Origin: Mytilus californianus
Lineage: Eukaryota
Length of the DNA stretch: 64,000 nt
Assembly (NCBI RefSeq): GCF_021869535.1
Contig: NW_026262734.1
Location: forward strand, 92,194,001-92,258,000
Direction of reading: 5' to 3'
Part shown: positions 54,636 to 64,000 of the stretch, one piece after another
Numbering within the stretch: position 1 is the first letter of the stretch
How the letters are laid out: each line of letters starts with the position of its first letter
Notes under the pieces: model-generated
Seen by the model: only the letters and a program-made list of their open reading frames with translations
Told to the model about the DNA's origin: nothing
Database searches by the model: none
Made by a program: the position numbers and the translations under genes

Positions 54636-57600
54636 CTGTAAAACAAGGAAATTGTTATAATAAAGAAAACTATGTACATATTTTCATTTCTATCGAGTTT
54701 TAAACAGAAAGTGACACCTTGTTAGTAGTGAGTATCTATATAAATATAGTTAACATTTTGATTTATATACCAAGCATATAGGATTTAAACAGTTTTGACA
54801 TTAATTTGGTTTAAAACGAAACAGAGTGGTGAAACTAACTCCACCAAGAATTAAAGATGGCAAATAACGTTATTTAATAACCCTGAGTCTGTAATTACAC
54901 GAAAGTCTTTTTTTAAAAGAAAAAGAAGTTATTTTGTTCACTTAATATTCATGGAATGATAAAGAATGCATAATGCGCATTTACGGTGCACATAACTGAC
55001 AAATTATGCGTTTGGTGTTACAAGATGCATAAGAAAAAAAACCATATAAAGTATGTTATAGTTCGACAGCGATGAATAGAGACATCAACTACGTAAGTTC
55101 GAATCGCATTAGATTTCGCAAAATGTATGGTATTTATAAAACATACAACCGATGCAGACGGAACAGGTGTATTGAGAGTCCTTATCACTTAGTTATGAAT
55201 TAAAGAAACCGATTTATCAAACAAACATGGCAATCATATTCCATTTCTTTACATTACTATTGCAAATGGAAATCAATCGAATAAACTTATGGTTTTGTAC
55301 TCTTCTCTGATGTCAATTAACCATTATTTAATTACTACACAAGAAAGAACGGAATTGATTGGCTGCTGTTCGAACTAAAGCACGTGATCTTCAGCATCTC
55401 TAGAGCTTTCAATAAAAGCAGGTGTTGCAAGACGGCAGTCAAACGTTAATATAATTACAGCAAGGGAAGGTGCGAAAAGTTTCGATGGTATTTCAGCAAA
55501 CACTTTGCTTATCTAATTTGCTACCGTCATCAATATATGGCATAGCGAAGCTAATTTGATCAAGAATACTTTGTGATCGAATTCCCTCGTCTATTTTCTG
55601 ATCGCATCGGACAAGGTGACAGAACTAAATACACCTCCGGTAAAAAATGGCGTTCCGAATAGCAATAAACGCGCCAAATCTGTCTAAATGGGGTGCTAGA
55701 ATAGTGTTACGATTTGCCCTGCTAGCAGATTTCAGATGAAAAAGTGAGTTATATTTCGACAGACAATTATTTAAACAGACAGAAAATTGAACAATAATGT
55801 AACGATTAAGCGTAAAAAATGGCGAGGAAAGGAAATCAAAACAAATCTGTTTCTCACCTTTTTCTGAGATGTCGTCAGATGCTGGTCTTTTCACGCTCAG
55901 TCGATGGTCCCTGAAAGAAGAACTATTGAAATTTAATGCATTTCGAAAACAAAACAATCTGAAATCGACTTCAAGATATATAAAAAAGTGAGAACTAATA
56001 AAATTGTAGATTCAAGTCGAAGTATTCTGCTTAACTGGTGATTTTGAGTTTTTCCATGAGTGTGTAGTGATTTTGAGTCATGATTTGATATTCCATATCC
56101 TTTCTTTGCATTATATTATATTAATCAAAATGATTAAGTAGCAAGCTTTATTTACATTATGCTCAAATTTTAATTTTTGACACTTTTAAATTAAAAAAAA
56201 ACAAATATATAGTTTTGCTTTAATAGAATAGCAACTCACCTCCGACCCATTCCATTGTCTCTAAACCCTTTAGCGAAAGGATTGTAGTCAATTTTCAACT
56301 GTGTGATCTGTAAAAGAAAAACAAATGATATAAAATATTATGCTAGCACGTTTAAGTAGTTATACAAATACATTTTTGAGTTATGATAATAAAAAAAATA
56401 TTTCAGAATTATTTAAGATTGCATTTGCGTCCCATTCATATTTTTTTTACGTCGGTTATACTTCATGTTCAGCAAATCTAGTCAAAGTTATCAAATAGGT
56501 TGAGAATTTTTATTAAAGGGTAAACAAATTTAAAGACTCATTACCTGTTCGTTCTGATAAGCTGTCACTGCAATGAAGGTTGTCTCTTCAAAGGCATAGG
56601 TGTTGAATGAGTTCCATCTCATGGTGAAAATGTCGTTTGCTTGGACTATGTGAACACGTGGTTGGTACTTGTGCATGGAATTTAGGATGATCTGCAATAT
56701 AAAGGATGTTGATAAAAATTATGAAATGTCGTAAGAATACAAAATAAAAATCTCAAAATTATAAATTATAAAAAAGCTCAAAAGATATATAACAACCGAA
56801 AGGCCCCCGAACTTCTGTGAAAATTCATTTCTTCTCGGTTAAGAGAAAAACAATAAGAACAGAGACACTATAAATTGTATAGTTAATAACAACAAGAGTC
56901 CAGACTTTTGTTACTTTCTTTTTAAATATTCATGAAGTTTGGATTGTAAATGATTTATGTACATGTTACGCAAAATAACGTCAAACTAATGACAAAATAG
57001 TTCCCTTCGGAACAACATAACATACATCTTATTTCATTTATTGTCTGTTTTCGTACCTATACCCGTCAACATTTTACCACAGCAATATATCTGAAATTCG
57101 CAAACCAAATATGAATCTACATTTAATAGAAATTTTATGTTCTTTTTTGCGGGTACGGTGATATCCGTTTCAAGGAAAATTGGTCATAAATTGGATGAAA
57201 AACATGTAAATCTGTCCAGAAGAAAATTAGATTTCATCACTTGATAATAGTTGTTTTGTTATATTTGTAATTAGTAAAACACACGTTCTTTGTACTTTTT
57301 TATAACCCATCTGTTCACAACATTCGTTTATAGTATGTTTCCAGCTAGGGTCGTTTTGAACTTTTTGTTTCACGAGGAATCGGACAAAACTGATCTGTTA
57401 CATCAGAAGATGTTCATTTCAATTATAAATGGTTTTTGAAATTAAATATCTGATCAAAAATTTAATTAAGACACAATTAGCCATTTTCTCAATAGCTGTT
57501 AGATTCTTATCGGAAGCTATCTGTGTTGTTCGATAGCCTCTTTTTAGACCGCTAAATGGCGTAAAAGATTTGATAAATGATAAGGCAATTAAAACCAATT

Positions 57601-60600
57601 AAGTTGTTCAGAATGAAAGTGCCGGGGTGGGATAAAAGTGTAAAACGATTCTGATCCTATCCTGATAATAAAAGAAACAAAATCAGAAAATCAGAAATTG
57701 AGATATTTCAATCTCCAATAAATAAACATTTTTCATGGAAAATAGATGTCCATTTCGGGCATTATTGAGTGGTTTCTTAATAATTTACGACAGAGTAAAA
57801 ACAAAGATCCGTGTGTTGTTTATATGAAACCCCCTTTCAGCTATAACAAATTCCTTTGGGAACTAAAATCTATTAGCTAGTAGCGTTCCTTTCATGCGCT
57901 TAATACATGCAATTACAAAAAGTGATCTTCTAACATAAATCGCGACCCCATAGGGACCAGAGGAAATCAACAACTACTCTATGATGAAGCGAAAAACAGA
58001 TATTTCCTTTAAACGTTATTCACCAATTTGTAAAACTTTGAATAGAAATATGATAATTATAAAAGAATTCGTGGCAATTTGTTTCTTATTCACGAGAAGT
58101 TCCTCGCGTTCTTTGACTTGCTAATAAATTTTTCCATCTTTTTCAATTACGTATGCGACATTGATAGATTTCGTATCTTAAATGCCTTTGTTTTAATGAA
58201 TTTGAACATGTAAAGTTTCGCTACAGAAATAAGTAATTGAGCTATGCTATTTCAATTTTGACAGAACTAACGTAAAAAACTAAGAAATATATAATCCGAC
58301 TGCTCATGAATTATTTTAANNNNNNNNNNNNNNNNNNNNNNNNNNNNNNNNNNNNNNNNNNNNNNNNNNNNNNNNNNNNNNNNNNNNNNNNNNNNNNNNN
58401 NNNNNNNNNNNNNNNNNNNNNNNNNNNNNNNNNNNNNNNNNNNNNNNNNNNNNNNNNNNNNNNNNNNNNNNCAAGGTTGTTGTTGGTCAGTTTGAGTTTA
58501 TGGAACGTAAGCGGCTGTTTCATCCAGTGGGAACCGGAAGCTGGAGAGTCTGGGTGGATGTACAGTCTCCCAGGCATGTGTGGTTCTGCTTTACCGGTGA
58601 CGACCCATTCTGAGTTGTGGTACTTGTAGCGGCAGTCATCCACGGGTACGATGTCAACCAATAAAATATACTTTGAGTGAGGGTCTAGACCTTCCATGGC
58701 AACTTTGAGTGTTGGAAACATACGCCTGAAAAAAATGAATCAACATTTAAATGTTTTCAAAAAGATTTTTCCAACATTTTTAAAAATAATAATAACCATG
58801 ATAACGATACATAAACTTTTTATTTTCATTCACACTCTTTGTATCTGTTAAAGACGGGAAAACGTCACATTAATGCAACATTTGTAAGTATCAATATTTA
58901 TTCATGAAATAAATACATTGATTTATTAATAATTTTGATTCAAGCAATATTTAATTAAAAATGTTTAAAATTAATACATTGTATTTAACATTAATTTTTC
59001 AACTTTCCGAGGACCTAAATATCCTCAACAATATGGAATGTTTGAAGTCAATAGGATTAACAAATTGGACTAATATTTTTATTTGTAAGTGTGATTTTTA
59101 TGTAACTGCTTGTAAGTGTCATCACTTTTTAAAAAGATCTTATCTACAAAACAATATTACACGTAACCTGATTCAATAAACACCTTGCATAAATATATTA
59201 TTTCTATAAAAACAAATTCTATTGTGGTGTAGGGCTGAAGTGTTTTGTTGACGTTACTTGCGGCCCCCGGTAAAGGACGATAATTCCTTCAAGTATGCTT
59301 CTGCAGAAAGGAAAAGGTGTTATAACGACTTGTTCAAATTATCAAGGACTCTTGTGGTGGGAAATTTGATTTTCTAATTGAATTAAGGTGATAAATTTGT
59401 CGAATGAAAAGACATACTTTTCCATCACAATACAAGACATTTGACCTTAGTTAGTACTTAATTAAGTGACGATTTTGTCAATTGGCAATTACGTACTTTC
59501 TATAGTATTTATTAAAATGCAAAGGGTTATGAGTCTTTGATCCAAACATAAGTGGTTGTTGACCCCTTCCCTGAGTGAAAATTAACACCATTTAACCTGC
59601 TGGATATATTATCAAAAAAAAAGACTTCTGTTTTGGCCTTTAACACGTAAAATTGCATATTAAAAACAATTACATTGCATTAATATAATATAATTATCAA
59701 GGGGACAATAAAATAGAAAAAGCAAAATTTTAAACAAACATAGAAACCCTTTGTTGACGTACAAATAAAGGCATTTTCAATAATATGCACATGGTGAAGC
59801 GAATGACCATAATATTAGATATCAAAACAAACTACACCAACAAAAAATTTAATTCCACTAATTGGACAAAGATAAATCTTTCAAAAGACAGGAAAAGAAA
59901 AGGACTTATTCCGGTGAAAATCAACACCATTTTAACTGGCGCTGTAGGGATCAAAACAAATTGGTGGACAAAATGTAACTTGACGCAATTCTGAAAATAC
60001 CGCTGAGGTCGCGTGCGGCAGATGGACTATAATACTACCAGTCAAATTGCTGGATTTAAGCCCCGAATAAGGCAACAGCTGACAGCGAATTTGAAGAAGC
60101 GGTCATCTTTTATAATAGTTAATTAGAAGCCAAATCTTGTTGTCTTCACACTTTCAATTTCAAATATTCACCTTTCAATAATTTTAGCGGATTACAAATA
60201 AATTATTTAGAAATTTTGGTGTTACATTTCGTAAGTTGCAAAAAGACTTGCCCTGTCTGGCGCGTGTCATGCTAACTTGGGGGCACTCCAAACAAAATAA
60301 ATAAAATTTGAAAAGTAAAGAAAAACTATTTTTGACAGAAGAGTACGCCTAAACAAGACTGAAAAACACGAATATTTTCAATTAACAGTCTGTAAATTAT
60401 CCTCTATTGATAATAACTTCTGATTAATTAATTTCTGCGGAACATTAGTGGGCGGGATCAGACTTTTTGTCTCCTAAGAAAAAATCTTTCCTTTATAGAA
60501 TTTATAGAAATTTTTACCTATTGTCATAGAAAAAGATCTAATTATCTATGCTGACGCAATACGACAAATATAAGCAATTTGTTTTATTTTTATTTAAGAT

Positions 60601-63600
60601 TTCGTTTCTATTGATCGAAAATAAAAAAGAGATTGGGTTGCAGAAGAGGTGTGATAATCTTTGAAACTTGATTGGTCAAATTAAATCTGTTTTTCAATTT
60701 CGTAAAGTGATATTGAAATTGGATTATCTGTTTTCATGATGTTACTCGTGAATTTAGCTTATGTCTTTTATTCATTATCAATTTTTTTTTTAAATTTCTG
60801 AGATCTTCAATAAAGGTTTTTGCTTCTGCTGATAAATCTAAATTGTAATTATTCAAACTGATGGAATTATTTAAAATAATTTATACCTATGAAAAACATA
60901 ATAATTAATATGTTGTAATAACAAATAAAAATAAATACAAAAAATGAATTTTTCCCACACTGGTCAAAAATAATTCATGAAGCGATAAATACAGAATATA
61001 AGCATGCATTGTGCATCAATCATGGATTAAAATAGGTCACAGCGACATATACTGTCAACTGTTAATCTTTTATTTACAATATCAATAGAAAACAAACTTG
61101 TAAATAATAACGCAGGCCGATTATTAATTCTCAAAAGTCGGATTATATGTTTAGACAATTGGTGTTAATATTTCTATTGTAAAAGCCGACCTTTTTGTTT
61201 ACAATTAATGATTGACACATAATTTCACTACCGTGGGAAAATTCATACTTCTTTACAAGAGAAAAATAAAACAATCGTCAAAAAAGTTGTAATTTCTTTT
61301 TAATTGTCCTGTAATTACTTTGAAGATTTTGATATTTAATAACTTATGATAATAAAAGTTTATACAACCATTTGCGTGCTATAATTTAACATTTTCATTT
61401 TTCTATACAGAATTGGTGGAAAAACATCCCAAGTTTAGTATATTATTCGTCGCTTTATTCAAGACTTTCTTATTTTTCTCTAAAAAAGCTGGATTCTACT
61501 TTTGTCGGTGTATAGAAAAATGTGCACATTGGCAATTCACATGCTTTTAATTTAAGACAAATAAATAAATAAGTATTCTTACCTTCCGGTTTTTGTGATG
61601 ATCATTTCTGTGCCGATGTTATGGAACTTTTGCCAGAGGTCACGGTTTTCCAAGGTAATTTTGATGTTCTTATCTGAAGTCTCATTCTGTCCTGGTCCTC
61701 CCAACATACGCTTGTGGTCCGAGTGGGAGCCGAGTGAGGGATAACCACCAAACTGTTGGCTCTGGCCTGAATTATAAATAAAAAAGTTTTAAGTTATGTG
61801 ATAAACATAGTATAATATAATTTGCAACTAGAAGAGAGAGGTTAAAATATTAAAACTACATACATTTTTTCTTAATTAATATAAAGCACATTCGTGATTA
61901 AAATTATTTGATTGAATTTGATTGCATAGATCTCTTCGAAATTCATTTCTTAGAAAACATCTCATATTTGCATTTATACTTTTAAATATTGTCGACTCGT
62001 AAATACTGACAATTGTTGGTATCCTTTATTGCAGTAGAGATTTTTATCGAAATCTGTAGTTTTACAGCCAACGAACGTTGAACTATTTTAATATACGAAA
62101 AGATTTTTAACAGTCTTATACCTTGTTAAATAAAACCAATGTATTGTTACTTTAACTACGTCGTAACTTTCAAACATAAACTAGTTATTATGGTATTTTA
62201 ATACAAGATTGTCAAATTATAGCCTTCTTGAGTTTAAACCTTAGCTATAGAATTAAACTTAAAAGTGAACAATATATTCACAATTTCCTTCTAAATAAGA
62301 CAGAAAATTAATACTATTCACAACAGTTGAAATGGAAACAATAATTTGTGTATCACCTTCAGATATATAAAGTACTTAAAATTTATTTGATGGTTTATTT
62401 TGTTGTGAATTTATTCATCTTCTGAATGTAATTTCAAATAACAAATTTATGCAATAAACTTTTCTTAGTTTGTTTTAAATTACCGATAAAATATGTTTTG
62501 AATGTTAACTGTGACCAATAGATATATATTAGTTCCAATTTTTTATCAATCATATATGTTAGGTACATTAATTTGAAATTGCAGTAAAAGTAGAAAAAAA
62601 AACCACATCTAAAAATAACTTATTATTTTAAAAATCAAAAGTATCCCTATTATTTTTATTTCATTTTTTATTACATGTCATGACATGGTTAATCATGTAA
62701 ATAATATGAAGATGTTTGTTTATAAATTGTTACAAAAACAAAGACTCGTCTTGTGGTGAAAGTGTTCAGACCTTGGTTTTGATAACAATTACTCTCGTCT
62801 GCAGGCCACGTGCGGAGCAGACGACGAGTAGTTTGATACGAGCTTATTATTACTTTAATTACTAATTACAACTTCACTTTCTCCAACACCAGCACATACT
62901 TAATTATTTGTAAAATATAACTCATAATTAAGTAAATGATTAATAACATTATTTAGTGTAAATTATGTGAAATAAACACATCTGAAAATTAAATATATTT
63001 ATAAAGTACGTTAAAATGTAGAAATGCTATCAATAAAATAAAAGGAAACTGACAAAATTATTCTTTTTATGTATATCCTCAAACTCCTGTTACATTTGCT
63101 ATATGATTTAAATATAGCATAATTAATATTTGATGAAAACCACAGGAAAGTTACCAAATTTTGCTCGAAAATGATTGAAATTGATTTCTGAAAGATGTGC
63201 GACTGACATCTTTTGTATTTCTCTATTAAAGACTGTAAGATAATTCAAAGAGTGAAATATAAAACCTGTCAACTCCAAAATTCCAATTATTTATTATGTA
63301 TAAATTCCAATAATTTTAACGAAATATCGTTAATTCATCTTAAATTTCGTGCACATATTTGTATTGATTTAAAGCGTTCCCGACAGTTCGAACTGCAGTT
63401 ATTAACACACATAAAAGTCTCGAAATATGAAAACATTTAAGCATATATATTTTGCGTAATACGATCCCGTTAGTTGTTTAAATATATCATTCTAGGATTG
63501 AAAATCTACATTATATTTTACTTAACAATTCAAGTCAATTTTGTCCTATTTCTTACTTTTTTCTTTCGTTAATTTTAATAATTTGCATATTAATACTTAC

Positions 63601-63775
63601 TAGAAAGACCCATTGGGTCATGGGCTGGATGCACTGGAAATCCAAAAGAAAATGCTTGTGGCGATGGCATAAGTCCAGGGTGGCCAAGAGGAAAGTGTCT
63701 GGCTCGCTGGCTCATGAAGTCGTCCTCGTACATACTGGATGGTGCTGCTGAAGTCGGTGTAGAGTAGTGGTTACC
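53980..63775 (-). CDS. TBX6: T-box transcription factor, Tbx6/16-like
   Basis: Exons 63775-63601, 61766-61583, 58725-(gap at 58471), 56691-56545, 56307-56240, 55910-55858 and 54635-53980 join in phase on either side of the gap. T-box: [28 protein letters not shown]...[14 protein letters not shown]...[29 protein letters not shown]...[23 protein letters not shown]. The DIFxMRW segment resembles Tbx6L/Tbx16 more than Tbx2/3 or Tbx4/5 (from recall; subfamily about 0.6). Confidence 0.9.
55858..55910 (-). CDS. T-box gene exon
   Basis: ctttcag|[19 protein letters not shown]|gtgaga; phases 2 to 1 fit both neighbours. Confidence 0.85.
56240..56307 (-). CDS. T-box gene exon (end of T-box)
   Basis: ttttacag|[22 protein letters not shown]|gtgagt. 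Confidence 0.93.
56545..56691 (-). CDS. T-box gene exon
   Basis: ttgcag|[12 protein letters not shown]...TAYQNEQ|gtaatg. Confidence 0.93.
58320..58471. other. Assembly gap (152 N)
   Basis: Run of N. Confidence 0.99.
58472..58725 (-). CDS. T-box gene exon, 3' end lost in the gap
   Basis: tttttcag|G CGT ATG TTT CCA...KLKLTNNNL then Ns. Confidence 0.93.
61583..61766 (-). CDS. T-box gene exon (start of T-box)
   Basis: ttcag|...[26 protein letters not shown]|gtaaga. Confidence 0.93.
63601..63775 (-). CDS. T-box gene 5' exon (start may be ATG of MYEDDF or lie further upstream)
   Basis: ttacag|GGTAAC...TCTA|gtaagt; phase 1 fits the next exon. Confidence 0.7.
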
Positions 63776-64000
63776 CTGTAACAGGAGCATACTGTAGTAA
63801 CACAAAAGTCCAAGTATAAAGATTCACAAGTCTTGTAAAATATCCGTATCTCCACACTAAATAGTTTTCTCAAGTTTGGTGAAGTTGCTTGCACCTTAGT
63901 CGAAAACAGAATACTTGAAGTTGTGTCGATCTGTCCTTAATATTGGATTTGAATGTTTTTCTAAGCATCCCAGAATTACTTATTTCGTTGATAGTTTGAG

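Noticed and set aside
55625-55957. 110-aa ORF as a coding unit
   Set aside because: Only 55910-55858 is bounded by splice sites and fits the T-box phases; the rest is intron.
58306-58629. Plus-strand ORF across the gap
   Set aside because: It is antisense to the T-box exon and is open only because of the Ns.

Overview
AT-rich, repeat-dense animal DNA. The repeat families and single-exon TLRs suggest a bivalve mollusc, probably Mytilus-like (inference). Five genes could be reconstructed by hand, mostly from exons too short for the ORF track. (1) Two tandem UBE2D/Ubc4-like E2 genes on the minus strand: gene A is complete (20998->8092, 148 aa, catalytic Cys present); gene B (5202->118, runs off the window) has intact splice sites and frame but Asn at the catalytic Cys. 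(2) Two single-exon Toll-like receptors on the plus strand: TLR-A (29403-31913) has one in-frame TAA and a decayed N-terminus; TLR-B (43347-45914) is intact. (3) A T-box gene of the Tbx6/16 type on the minus strand (63775->53980), with one exon cut by an N-gap. Introns of E2 gene A hold a young Ty3/Gypsy LTR element lacking RT/RNase H and the integrase core, and a 66-bp minisatellite built from the gene's own 32-nt exon 3 plus its splice donor. Between the TLRs lies a 5.45-kb array of four TIR-bounded 445-bp MITEs alternating with three copies of a 1225-bp passenger. Five minimal type I hammerhead ribozyme motifs, Penelope-like RT fragments, tRNA-derived SINEs and several MITEs are also present. 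All coordinates were read by eye; no searches or folding programs were run.
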